From positions 20,122 to 84,121 of the forward strand of contig CBDESW010000039.1 in the NCBI GenBank assembly GCA_965242675.1: DNA of 64,000 nt, read 5' to 3'. How positions within the stretch are numbered: the stretch's first letter is position 1; every line of letters starts with the position of its first letter. Below, in pieces: positions 46,312 to 55,607 of this stretch. The notes under the pieces were generated by a model that worked only from the letters and a program-made list of their open reading frames with translations, did no database searches and was not told where the DNA came from. The position numbers and the translations under genes are program-made. The DNA comes from Dehalococcoidia bacterium. GTDB lineage: Bacteria; Chloroflexota; Dehalococcoidia; Lucifugimonadales; UBA1123.

Positions 46312-47104
46312 CCTGCGCCTAGCGGCGCGGACGCGCTTATACTAGCCTTCTCCCATCAAGGAAGAAGGGATTTGTCGCTCGCGGTTCGGGCTTGGTTTCC
46401 GGTTGCCAAGTTGGTCGCTCGAATCTGGATTCCCGCCTTCGCGGGAATGACGGCGGCGGGGGGCGCGAAAATGGATTTGTCGCTCGCGGTTCGGGCTTGC
46501 TTTCTAGGTTGCCAAGTTGGTCGCTCGAATCTGGATTCCCGCCTTCGCGGGAATGACAGCGGCGGGGGGCGCGAAAATGGATTTGTCGCTCGCGATTCGG
46601 GCTTGGTTTCTAGGTTGCCAAGTTGGTCGCTCGAATCTGGATTCCCGCCTTCGCGGGAATGACGGCGGCAGGGGGCGCGAAAATGGATTTGTCGCTCGCG
46701 GTTCGGGCTTGGTTTCCGGTTGCCAAGTTGGTCGCTCGAATCTGGATTCCCGCCTTCGCGGGAATGACGGCGGCGGGGGGCGCGAAAATGGATTTGTCGC
46801 TCGCGGTTCGGGCTTGGTTTCCGGTTGCCAAGTTGGTCGCTCGAATCTGGATTCCCGCCTTCGCGGGAATGACGGCGGCGGGGGGACGCGAAAATGGATT
46901 TGTCGCTCGCGGTTCGGGCTTGGTTTCTAAGTTGCCAAGTTGGTCGCTCGAATCTGGATTCCCGCCTTCGCGGGAATGACGGGGGCGGCGGGCGCGAAAA
47001 TGGATTTGTCGCTCGCGGTTCAGGCTTGGTTTCCGGTTGCCAAGTTGGTCGCTCGAATCTGGATTCCCGCCTTCGCGGGAATGACGGGGGCGGCGGGCGC
47101 GAAA
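46312..47104. repeat. Tandem array: 7 copies of a 105-107-bp composite (B'-D) unit of the interspersed repeat family
   Basis: tctggattcccgccttcgcgggaatgac starts at 46424, 46530, 46636, 46741, 46846, 46953 and 47058. The intervening gatttgtcgctcgcggttcgggcttggtttc..gttgccaagttggtcgctcgaa is conserved. Confidence 0.9.
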
Positions 47105-47226
47105 GCGGCGAAAAGCGTCCAAGCCGCGCATGGGGGAATACGCGGGGGCGAGAAGGGGAAAAGCCGCCAGCGCCCGCCGTCCGCGCCCAAAACTTGATTC
47201 GCGCCTATGCGCCGCTTTATTCTCTA

Positions 47227-48615
47227 ATGGCGGCTTTCATCGTCGCCAAACATTCACTTCCGCGAGGGGTTACGGTGGAGCATACAGCGTCAGAAGTAGA
47301 GTTGGAGAGCGTCGTGTCGCTTTGCAAGCGGCGCGGGTTCATCTTTCAGAGCAGCGAGATTTACGGCGGCTTGGCTAGCACGTGGGATTACGGGCCGCTG
47401 GGCGTCGAGATGAAGAAGAACGTCAAGGATTCGTGGTGGCGGACGTTCGTCTGGCGGCGGGATGACATCGTGGGGCTGGACGCGGCTATCATCATGCGCC
47501 CGGAGGTCTGGCGCGCGAGCGGGCATGTCGCGGGGTTCCACGACCCGCTGGTGCAGTGCGCCGCGTGCCGGCGGCGCTTCCGGGAAGACCACGTCGAGGG
47601 CGAGGGCTGCCCGGATTGCGGCGGCGCGCTGGGGGAGCCGCGGCAGTTCAACCTCATGTTCAAGACGTCCATCGGGCCCGCGGAGGACAGCTCGTCCGAA
47701 GCCTATCTGCGCCCGGAGACCGCGCAGGGGATATTCGTCAACTTCCCCAACGTCCTCACGGCGTCCCGCAAGCGCCCGCCGTTCGGAATCGCCCAAATCG
47801 GCAAGGCGTTCAGAAACGAAATCACCACCGGCAACTTCATCTTCCGAACGCGCGAGTTCGAGATGATGGAGATAGAGTACTTCGTCATGCCCGGCGAGGA
47901 TGAGGAAGCGCATGAGAAGTGGATAGAGGACTGCCTGGCGTGGTACGCCGGTCTGGGGGTGGATCCGTCCCGCCTGCGCGTCCGCCAGCACGGGGCGGAA
48001 GAGCTTTCGCACTACGCCAAAGCCACTTACGACATTGAGTACCGCTACCCCTGGGGCTGGGGCGAGATACAGGGGATAGCCAATCGGACGGATTACGACC
48101 TGAAGGCGCACGCGGAGGCGAGCGGGCAGAATCTGAGTTACTACGACCAGCAGACCGATCGGCACATCGTCCCCTATGTCATAGAGCCGTCCGCCGGCGT
48201 GGATAGGGCGGTGATGACTTTTCTGGTGGACGCCTATACCCAAGAAGAGGTCGTCTCGGCGTCCGGCAAAGCGGAGAAGCGCGTTGTGCTGAAGTTGCAT
48301 CCGGAGATAGCGCCGGTGAAGGTGGCGATTCTGCCGCTTTCGCGCAATGAGCGTCTGGCGCCGACGGCGCGGGAGGTGTTTCGCCGCGTCCAAAGCTCCG
48401 GGCTGATTCCGGGCTTCGTGCAGTACGACGACACGCAAAGCATCGGCAGGCGCTACCGGCGGCAGGACGAAGTGGGGACGCCGCTTTGCGTGACGGTGGA
48501 TTTCGATACGCTGGACGACCAAGCGGCGACCATCCGCGACCGCGACACGATGCGGCAGACGCGGGTTCCGATAGAGCGCCTGCCGGCTGAGCTGGCGGGG
48601 ATGCTGTCGGGCTGA
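47227..48615 (+). CDS. glyQS: Glycine--tRNA ligase (homodimeric GlyQS type)
   Basis: Within ORF 46894..48615. ..CKRRGFIFQSSEIYGGLASTWDYGPLGVE..RPETAQGIF..FRNEI..FRTREFEMMEIEYF.. The start is ATG 47227 or GTG 47275. Confidence 0.9.
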   Translation: MAAFIVAKHSLPRGVTVEHTASEVELESVVSLCKRRGFIFQSSEIYGGLASTWDYGPLGVEMKKNVKDSWWRTFVWRRDDIVGLDAAIIMRPEVWRASGHVAGFHDPLVQCAACRRRFREDHVEGEGCPDCGGALGEPRQFNLMFKTSIGPAEDSSSEAYLRPETAQGIFVNFPNVLTASRKRPPFGIAQIGKAFRNEITTGNFIFRTREFEMMEIEYFVMPGEDEEAHEKWIEDCLAWYAGLGVDPSRLRVRQHGAEELSHYAKATYDIEYRYPWGWGEIQGIANRTDYDLKAHAEASGQNLSYYDQQTDRHIVPYVIEPSAGVDRAVMTFLVDAYTQEEVVSASGKAEKRVVLKLHPEIAPVKVAILPLSRNERLAPTAREVFRRVQSSGLIPGFVQYDDTQSIGRRYRRQDEVGTPLCVTVDFDTLDDQAATIRDRDTMRQTRVPIERLPAELAGMLSG

Positions 48616-48623
48616 GCGGCGGC

Positions 48624-49211
48624 GTGGCGCCCAAGACCAAGACGGCGGCGCTTTCGTCCGCGCCCAAGACGGCGTTGGCGGCGGCGCTCGCCGTTCTGAT
48701 TGCCGTCTTGTTCGCCATGCTCGCCGCAGCCTGCGGGGTCGTCGACGTCGTCGGGGGCGGCGAAGGGGGCGAGTCCGCGCCGGATTTCGAGCTGGCGCTG
48801 TTCGGGAACGACGATTACCAAGCCGGCGAAACCCTGCGGCTGTCGGATTTGGAAGGGCGCCCCGTCGTGCTGAACTTCTGGTTTCCGTCCTGCCCGCCCT
48901 GCGTGGCGGAGATGCCGCATTTCGAGGAAGCCTATCAGCGTTTCAAGCCGGAAGGCGTGGCGTTCGTGGGCGTTCAGCTGCTGGGATTGGATTCGGCGGA
49001 AGACGGGCAGCGCTTCGTGGAGCGCCTCATGGTAAACTACGCGGTGGGCGCGGACGAGCGCGACGGCGTCTTCGGCGAAATCGTGAAGGATTACGGCGTG
49101 GCGGGCTTCCCGACGACGGTGTTCATAGACCGCGACCATCGCATCCGCCGAACGTGGACGGGCTCGCTGGACGCGGATACGCTGGACGCGCTGATTCGCG
49201 AGACGCTCTAG
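48624..49211 (+). CDS. TlpA/ResA-like thiol:disulfide oxidoreductase lipoprotein
   Basis: Lipobox-like ..MLAAAC, then the thioredoxin motif FWFPSCPPCVAEMP. Confidence 0.8.
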   Translation: MAPKTKTAALSSAPKTALAAALAVLIAVLFAMLAAACGVVDVVGGGEGGESAPDFELALFGNDDYQAGETLRLSDLEGRPVVLNFWFPSCPPCVAEMPHFEEAYQRFKPEGVAFVGVQLLGLDSAEDGQRFVERLMVNYAVGADERDGVFGEIVKDYGVAGFPTTVFIDRDHRIRRTWTGSLDADTLDALIRETL

Positions 49212-49344
49212 GGAAGGGGCGAAAGAATGGGAAACGCAAGGGCGCGACGGGAAGGGATTGGCGGGTTGCGAGTCGCGCTTGGTTTCGATTGGACGCCGCT
49301 AGAGACGGGGCTTCGGCGAATTTCCGCTAGGGAGAGGCTTTCGC

Positions 49345-49857
49345 TTGATTCTGTTCGGGCTTACTGAAAACGATCTGTTTCTGGCGGCGGTCAGATGGGT
49401 TCACGCGGCGGCGTCTGCCGTTTGGGTGGGCGGCGGGTTGTTCTATCTGATAGTTCTGCGCCCGGCGCTTCGCAAATCCGGCGAATCGGGGGGGCGGGTG
49501 AACGCGCTCGCCGCCGCCGAGTTCAGAACGCTGGTGGACGTGTGCTTCTTCCTGCTGGTAATCACCGGGATAAGCCTGACGCTCGACCGGCTGACTTCGG
49601 GCGCGGCGGGGGTGGCTTACGCGGCGGTTTTGGGAATCAAAGTCGCCCTGAGCTTGTGGATGTTTGTCCTAGCCCGCCGCCGCCGCGCGCGAACCGCCCT
49701 GTTGGAACGATACCGAGACCAACCCCAACCGCCCGGCGGAAGGCTGGCGAAAACGCTCCGCGCCATATCCGGCTACAATCTGGTGATGATGCTGGGGCTT
49801 GTCATAATCCTGCTGGCGGAGCTGCTCAACGCGCTGTACGAATCGGCGCTGAGATGA
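49345..49857 (+). CDS. CopD-like integral membrane protein (putative)
   Basis: 170-aa ORF (TTG start) with 4 TM segments. ..VRWVHAAASAVWVGGGLFYLIVLRPAL.. resembles the CopD family. Confidence 0.45.
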   Translation: MILFGLTENDLFLAAVRWVHAAASAVWVGGGLFYLIVLRPALRKSGESGGRVNALAAAEFRTLVDVCFFLLVITGISLTLDRLTSGAAGVAYAAVLGIKVALSLWMFVLARRRRARTALLERYRDQPQPPGGRLAKTLRAISGYNLVMMLGLVIILLAELLNALYESALR

Positions 49858-49878
49858 TGACTGCGAGGCGAAACGCGC

Positions 49879-50070
49879 ATGAGAATGGAATTGTTGGAAA
49901 TCCTAGTCTGCCCGCTGTGCAGGGGCGAGCTGGAGCTTGCCGCGACCAAGCGGGACGGCGATGAGATAGTGGAAGGCAGCCTGACTTGCCAAGCGCAAGA
50001 TTGCGGGGAGCGCTATCCGATAGAGGATACGATTCCCAACATGCTGCCGCCGGGTCTTCGGGGGGACTAG
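49879..50070 (+). CDS. Trm112-family small zinc-ribbon protein
   Basis: LLEILVCPLCRGEL..LTC....CGERYPIEDTIPNMLP. Confidence 0.8.
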   Translation: MRMELLEILVCPLCRGELELAATKRDGDEIVEGSLTCQAQDCGERYPIEDTIPNMLPPGLRGD

Positions 50071-50104
50071 GGGGCGCGGTCAGCGGATTGCCGCCCGCGC
50101 CGAC

Positions 50105-50310
50105 AAATCCCCTCTGCCTTGATGGGCTTACAGGGGTATGTTTGGAGTTGGCGGGCAATCCGCGCGGGACTGCCCTTGCGGGCAGACACCCTCACCCTAG
50201 CCCTCTCCCATCAAGGGAGAGGGGATTCGTTGGCTTCAGTTCAAGCATGATTTCGGGTGGCGGGCTTGGTCGGTCTTTCTGGATTCCCGCCTTCGCGGGA
50301 ATGACGGGGG
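50105..50310. repeat. Modular intergenic repeat cluster (inverted A-like, A0-A-B-D)
   Basis: cccctctgccttgatgggc.., ggactgcccttgcgggcag, caccctcaccctagccctctcccatcaagggagaggggat, ..tctggattcccgccttcgcgggaatgacgggg. Confidence 0.85.
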
Positions 50311-50342
50311 CGGGGGCGTGAAAGCACTTACTGCCGACCGCC

Positions 50343-52631
50343 CTATCCCCCGTTCGCCGCCCCCGGCGTCGGCGCGCTCACCGTTCGGAATTCCCCCGTT
50401 GCGTCGGGGACGCGGGCGTATGATGTCCCCCCGTCCGAGTCGCCGTCTTCCCAGTCCACCGAATCCACCGGCGCGCCGTCCGCCGTCCATACGCCCAGCT
50501 CTTCGTCGGAGCCTAGGGCGAAGCCGGGCCAGGCGTCTTTGTCCAGCTCGATTCGCAGATATTCCCCCGGCGCGATAGCCATGTCGGGCGGGAAGGGGAC
50601 GCGCTTGGACGCGTCGGCGAGGTCGTCCGCGAATACGAAATCGGCTAGGGCGATATGCGAATCCGTGTAGTTATGCAGCTCGAACCAGTCCAGCGGGTCG
50701 CCTTTGGCGGCGATTTCGTTGATTGCCAAGCCGATGGCGGGCGCGTCGGCGTCGCCAGTCGTCGCGGACGGCGGCGGCGATGATGACGACGTCTGAGCGG
50801 GCGGCGGCGCGACGTAGCCCACGGCGCCGATGAATTGGGCGGAAATCGGCGCGCCCGGTTCGGCGGACGCTTCCGAGAGGGTGAGCGCGCCCGTCGATAC
50901 TGGCAGGAACTCGCTCGGCTCCGCCGCGCCGGGGGGGATGCGCCAGACGCCGCCGCCGATTTCGTCCGCGCCGAAGGCGAGCGTCTCGCCGTCCGCCAGG
51001 CGCGGCGCGGGGAATGTGAGCGTCAAGCCCTGAATCGCGCCGTCCGCCGCGTATCCCAAAACGGTGAGCGAGACGGCGTTGTCGATTCTGAACGCCTCGC
51101 GCTCATCCTCGCCCGCCTCGCCGGCGATTGCGCCGATGCCGTCCGCGGGCAGCTCCGCGCCGTTGAAGGCGAAGCGGGTTATTTCGCCTTCCGCGAACGG
51201 GTTGGGGCTGTCGCTCGTCCCCCAGACGGCGCTGAAGCTCAGCTCCATCTCGCCGGGCGCCAGCTCGCCCCAGGCGGCGACCGCCTGCCCGCCGCCGTCG
51301 GGCCACTCCGGCGGCTGGGGGCGCAAGTCGGCTAGAATCGCCGCGCGCCGTCCGCGTATGAACTCGCGGACGCGCTCCGCGCCCTTCTCGGCGGCGGCGC
51401 GGTTTTTCGGCAGGGCGCGGCTTTGGACAATCGCCGCCATTTCGTCCGCCAGCGCGATGAGCGCGTCTTCGTCCCAGACCGCATCGAGAAGCGCGTTCAG
51501 GCGCGCGACGTAGGCGGCGCGCGATTGCGGGTCGTTGTACAGCCGGTTGGCGAGCGCCCCGTTGGCGAGAACGGACAGCGGCGGCTCCGTCACGTCGTCA
51601 AATGGGTTGGGGTCTTTCTCGTCGTCCGAAAACACTTGGTCGACGCCCCAGGGGATGAAAATGAACGCGCCATCCGGCTCGCGATAAAACCAGTAGTTGT
51701 TGCGGTTGCCGGCGTATCCGTCCCAGTGGGCGATGATTACTTCCAGCGCCCAGAAAGTGAGGAAGCGGTCTAGGTCGACGGCGTCTTTCACGGCGTCCAA
51801 GCCGGCGGCGGACGGGTCGGCGAGAGCGGCGGCCAGGGCGTCTATGTCCGACCAGTCGTCCGCGCCCGAATTGGTTTTCTTCTCGAAAGTGCCGCGATAA
51901 GTCGGGTTGAAATCGCTCACCGTGCCTTCGTAGAGATTGCCGTCCGGGTCTGCGAATACGCGCGCCAGCATGGAGTGTTCGATGTCCTCGACATTGGCGT
52001 ACACGCCCAGATTTTCGCCGTTGACGGATACTGTGGCGAAGTTGCATCGCGGCGCGGGATAGTCGGCGGCGGCGAAGGCGGCGAACGACATGCAAGTCGC
52101 GATGAGCGAATCGTCCTGAACGCCGTTGTTGAGCGTCATGCGCTCCAAAACGCCGCCGAGCGCCTTGCCGTCCGCGTACTTGTCGAAGCGTATCTTGAGC
52201 GACGGCTTGACGTCGCTCTGCGAGCCGACGAACCCTTTTTTGCGGACGCCGACGCCGGAATGGGTTTCGCCGTCGACGGTCACGTCGGCTTGGAACCAGG
52301 TGTAGATGTCCGCGAACGGCTGCGAGAGGCGGTTCTCGGCAATCTCGGCGAAGACGTCCTCCAGAGTGCGGCTTTGGCTGCGGAGCGCGTCCCAATCCTC
52401 CGGCGCGATTCTTATGGATATGTCCAGAACCCGGTCTAGGGCGTAGTAGTCGCCGGCGGGGGCGGTTGAAGCCGGCGGCGGCGGCGTATTCGGCGCGGCG
52501 GCGTCGGGGCGTCCGCAGGCGGCGGACATGGCGGCGAGCGCGAGGGCGGCGAGCGCCGTCCAAAAAATCGGGCGCGCGTTTAGGGGACGGGCGATGATGA
52601 TGGGCTCCTTATTCGGCGTCGGGGGCGTCAA
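50343..52631 (-). CDS. CotH kinase-family protein with a C-terminal lamin-tail-like domain, probable lipoprotein
   Basis: ..KPSLKIRFDKY..LNNG.QDDS..FWALEVIIAHWDGYAGNRNNYWFY.. (CotH). C-terminal INEIAAKGDPLDWFELHN..GEYL..LG..DE..SY (LTD-like). LAAMSAAC lipobox. TTG start as listed. Confidence 0.75.
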   Translation of the reverse strand: MTPPTPNKEPIIIARPLNARPIFWTALAALALAAMSAACGRPDAAAPNTPPPPASTAPAGDYYALDRVLDISIRIAPEDWDALRSQSRTLEDVFAEIAENRLSQPFADIYTWFQADVTVDGETHSGVGVRKKGFVGSQSDVKPSLKIRFDKYADGKALGGVLERMTLNNGVQDDSLIATCMSFAAFAAADYPAPRCNFATVSVNGENLGVYANVEDIEHSMLARVFADPDGNLYEGTVSDFNPTYRGTFEKKTNSGADDWSDIDALAAALADPSAAGLDAVKDAVDLDRFLTFWALEVIIAHWDGYAGNRNNYWFYREPDGAFIFIPWGVDQVFSDDEKDPNPFDDVTEPPLSVLANGALANRLYNDPQSRAAYVARLNALLDAVWDEDALIALADEMAAIVQSRALPKNRAAAEKGAERVREFIRGRRAAILADLRPQPPEWPDGGGQAVAAWGELAPGEMELSFSAVWGTSDSPNPFAEGEITRFAFNGAELPADGIGAIAGEAGEDEREAFRIDNAVSLTVLGYAADGAIQGLTLTFPAPRLADGETLAFGADEIGGGVWRIPPGAAEPSEFLPVSTGALTLSEASAEPGAPISAQFIGAVGYVAPPPAQTSSSSPPPSATTGDADAPAIGLAINEIAAKGDPLDWFELHNYTDSHIALADFVFADDLADASKRVPFPPDMAIAPGEYLRIELDKDAWPGFALGSDEELGVWTADGAPVDSVDWEDGDSDGGTSYARVPDATGEFRTVSAPTPGAANGG

Positions 52632-52766
52632 CCCGCCTATTTTGCCAAAGGGGGCATGGCGAAAACCAGCGGCGAAAAGCGCGCGTCCAAGCTGGCGGCG
52701 GACGGGGCCGCGTCCTCAAGATTCCCACGCAAGCCGCCGTCGGGGGGTTATGCGGGGAACTTTCAA

Positions 52767-54060
52767 GTTGCAATGGGGCCAACACCTTTCAGCGTTGAAT
52801 ACAGATTACGCCGCTACCATCAAAGGCGCGATGCTCCAACTGCAATGGGGCCAACGCCTTTCAGCGTTGGATACTCATCTTGGCGGGGGTAATCGGGTCG
52901 CAGATAACGACGCTTCAATGGGGCCAACGCCTTTCAGCGTTGGATTCAATTTCATGGAACAAGAGGTGTACCAGATTCGCTACGGACTGCAATGGGGCCA
53001 ACGCCTTTCAGCGTTGGATACTTCCAGTGCACTCAGTGCGACCTGCCGATGGGCGACGGGTGGTTGCAATGGGGCCAACGCTTTTCAGCGTTGGATACCC
53101 TGGGGCTGGCGACGGTCGGGACGGTCATGGAAGGGCTGCAATGGGGCCAACGCCTTTCAGCGTTGGATACACATTCGCAAGAGAGTCGACCGCGCTGTCT
53201 CCTCGGGTCTGCAATGGGGCCAACTCCTTTCAGCGTTGGATACTCAGCATGTACAAAATCCGACAGGTCCGCGGATTCACGCTGCAATGGGGCCAACGCC
53301 TTTCAGCGTTGGATACGTGGAGGGCGAGCTGGAATTCTGGCGCACGAACAGCGAGCTGCAATGGGGCCAACGCCTTTCAGCGTTGGATACGCCCTGGACT
53401 TGGACGGCGAAGCGCATAGCATCGTCCGCCATTCAGGTGCTGCAATGGGGCCAACGCCTTTCAGCGTTGGATACGAGAGCGCAGCTGCACATCGCGGGGA
53501 TAACCGAAAAGCTGCAATGGGGCCAACGCCTTTCAGCGTTGGATACGCCACTACGAGGCGCAATTCCGCGTCGGGTCGACTGCCGCTGCAATGGGGCCAA
53601 CGCCTTTCAGCGTTGGATACTCCTCGGGGATGGACAGGGCCCAAGCCGAATCCGCCGTGCTGCAATGGGGCCAACGCCTTTCAGCGTTGGATACTTTCAG
53701 CGTCAATCTCGAAGGCGGGCGGTGGGCGACGCTGCAATGGGGCCAACGCCTTTCAGCGTTGGATACGCATCGAGCGGGTGTGGAGCCGATTCGCCCGCCG
53801 ATACATGCTGCAATGGGGCCAACGCCTTTCAGCGTTGGATACTCCACTTCGTCCGCGAACCCCACCGCGGCGGTGGTCGCTGCAATGGGGCCAACGCCTT
53901 TCAGCGTTGGATACTTATGGAAGGCGACGCGCGGCAGCTGGCAGGGGCGGTGCTGCAATGGGGCCAACGCCTTTCAGCGTTGGATACGGGACGCGATCAG
54001 ACCCATCATTGGCGCGGTCGCGGCGCTGCAATGGGGCCAACGCCTTTCAGCGTTGGATAC
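52767..54060 (-). CRISPR. CRISPR array: 18 x 36-nt repeats, 17 spacers (36-48 nt)
   Basis: + strand consensus: GCTGCAATGGGGCCAACGCCTTTCAGCGTTGGATAC. Transcribed sense: GTATCCAACGCTGAAAGGCGTTGGCCCCATTGCAGC, with a 7-bp stem CCAACGC/GCGTTGG and 3' ATTGCAGC. Repeats 8-18 are identical. Repeats 1, 3, 5 and 7 at the left end carry internal substitutions, and repeats 1-5 and 7 vary at their first 1-3 bases. Confidence 0.97.
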
Positions 54061-54329
54061 AGTGTTTTCGCCGCGCTTTTCGCTCATTATAGCGCTTTGG
54101 GGCGGACGAATTTCGCCATTTGACGCTCGGCGGCTGGTTTTCGGACCGAATCAAGGCATTTTTTCGCCGCCCGGAGACCGTTTTCGCCCTCTTTTTTGCG
54201 AACGCGAACGCTTGGGATGTTCACCGCCGGAGCGTTCGCATCGCTGTTTTGGCGATTGCGTGGGTTTCCCGCGCGCTTGGCGCGGCGGGGGATATTCGGC
54301 TGTGAAATCTGCGTCCGGCGGCTGTCGCA
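54061..54329 (-). promoter_or_regulatory. Putative CRISPR leader, with a TATAAT box at 54091-54086 about 25 nt upstream of the first repeat
   Basis: Lies between the last cas gene and the non-degenerate end of the array. The minus strand reads ..aaagcgcTATAATgagcgaaaagcgcggcgaaaacact|GTATCC.. Several A/T runs. No convincing -35. Confidence 0.45.
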
Positions 54330-55607
54330 TCACAGGGTTAGCGTCATCGGGGGCCAGCGGGGGATTTCGGATTCCTCGACGTCCAGAACCTCCAGCGCGG
54401 CTTGCCGGAAATTTTCGAACGTTCTTTGGGACACCGGTATCAAGCCGTGCGCCAGCAACGATTCGTTTCGCGCGGTCAGATGCTTCTTGAGCAGGTCGTA
54501 TTTCGCGCCCTGTTCGCGCAGGCTTTCGTATTCGCTGAACTGCAGGGCGGCGTAGAGGTTTTGGACGCCGAGCAGGAAGATTCCGTTTTCGTCCGGGTCG
54601 CCGAACATGGCTTTGGCGTCCGCGCGGCGGTTGGCGGGGAAGTCGTCCGGGCTTATCTTGCCCAGCTCCGCGCCGAAGGCGGCGCGCGCCAGTTGCTGGC
54701 CTCTCAGCTCCACCGCTCGGTACAGCCTGCCGGTGGCGTCGTCGTAGCGCGACTGCGCGGCGCGGCGCTCGGCGTTCGCCAGCAACTCCAGCAACGTCTC
54801 GCGCCCCGGCGTCTTGGGCGTCTTGACGTTCGCGTTTATTTGGTCGGCGGCTTTGAGCCATCCGCCGGACAACTCCGCCAGGCTTTCGAACGCGGCGCGG
54901 TCGAGCGTGTACTCCAGCACGGTGCGGGCGCGACCGAATGTGTTGACCGCGTCCCGAAAACTGAACGAGTCCGCTTTGCCGAGCGCTTCGGCTAGGCGCG
55001 CGAATCCCCTTATCTTGTTCTTATGCTCCGGGTCGCACTTGTTCGCCGCTTCGTCCAGAATGTCGGCGGCGGCGTCCGCGTGATAGCCGGACAGCAGGTC
55101 GTTGGCGCGCTCCAAGTCGCGGGCGGCGTACTGGTTCCACGGGTTTTGAGACGGTATCACCGCTTCCGTTCCGTCCAAGACGACCCCAAGCCCGCCCTTG
55201 TCTCGCCGCTCGCCGCCCACGTAGGTGAACGCGCTGAACCGCTCCACGCCCGCCAAGACGAGCGCCGCCGACATGGTTTTCGTGCCGCCGGTGTAGTCGA
55301 CATAGACCGATTCCGCCGCCATCCCGACGCTGCCGAGCCACTCGCGCATCGCGTCCCGCATCTCGCGGTAGCAGTCGCCGATGCTCTCGTAGTCGGTCAA
55401 CGTCAGCGTCTGGCACTGCGGGATGTAGTCCAGGGCGGGCAGAATCTCGTTCTCGATCAGCGGTTTCGTGCCTTCCGACGCCGCGAACAGGATGAAGTCC
55501 GGCTTCCGCCGCGCTATGGCTTTGATGACGGGCGCGGGCGTTCCCCCGACGCTAATCACCAGCCCTCTTTTCAGTCCGTCGGTCATGAGTATTTTTCCTT
55601 TTCCCAA
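54330..55607 (-). CDS. CARF-HEPN ancillary effector (Cas02710/Csm6-Csx1-like)
   Basis: N-terminal ..LVISVGGTPAPV..YVDYTGGTKTMSAAL.. (CARF). C-terminal ..LTARNESLLAHG.. (R-x6-H HEPN motif). The alternative start ATG 55586 overlaps the csm4 stop (ATGA). Confidence 0.75.
   Translation of the reverse strand: MGKGKILMTDGLKRGLVISVGGTPAPVIKAIARRKPDFILFAASEGTKPLIENEILPALDYIPQCQTLTLTDYESIGDCYREMRDAMREWLGSVGMAAESVYVDYTGGTKTMSAALVLAGVERFSAFTYVGGERRDKGGLGVVLDGTEAVIPSQNPWNQYAARDLERANDLLSGYHADAAADILDEAANKCDPEHKNKIRGFARLAEALGKADSFSFRDAVNTFGRARTVLEYTLDRAAFESLAELSGGWLKAADQINANVKTPKTPGRETLLELLANAERRAAQSRYDDATGRLYRAVELRGQQLARAAFGAELGKISPDDFPANRRADAKAMFGDPDENGIFLLGVQNLYAALQFSEYESLREQGAKYDLLKKHLTARNESLLAHGLIPVSQRTFENFRQAALEVLDVEESEIPRWPPMTLTL

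Noticed and set aside
46369-47104. Possibility that the 106-bp tandem array is a second CRISPR array.
   Set aside because: The units are contiguous and nearly identical over their whole length, so there are no unique spacers. The sequence is built from the genome-wide interspersed repeat modules.
46234-47197. ORFs with repeated IPAFAGMT / VIPAKAGIQ / SNLDSRLRGNDGGGG peptides (46517..46930, 46623..46979, 46610..47131, and the N-terminal part of 46894..48615).
   Set aside because: They are read-through of the tandem intergenic repeat array. The same peptides appear wherever the D module occurs, in both orientations.
47105-47226. T-box or other riboswitch leader upstream of glyQS (and similarly upstream of pheS, gltX, trpB).
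   Set aside because: I could not find the conserved T-box sequence (AGAGA..GGUGNRA-type) or specifier-loop architecture by eye. This cannot be excluded without covariance-model searches.
52528-54490. Long + and - strand ORFs (e.g. 52528..54123, 52992..54092, 53591..54490, 53303..53674) encoding repetitive LQWGQRLSALDT / AMGPTPFSVGY proteins.
   Set aside because: They are translations of the 36-nt CRISPR repeats in different frames. The periodicity equals repeat+spacer, so there is no independent coding evidence.
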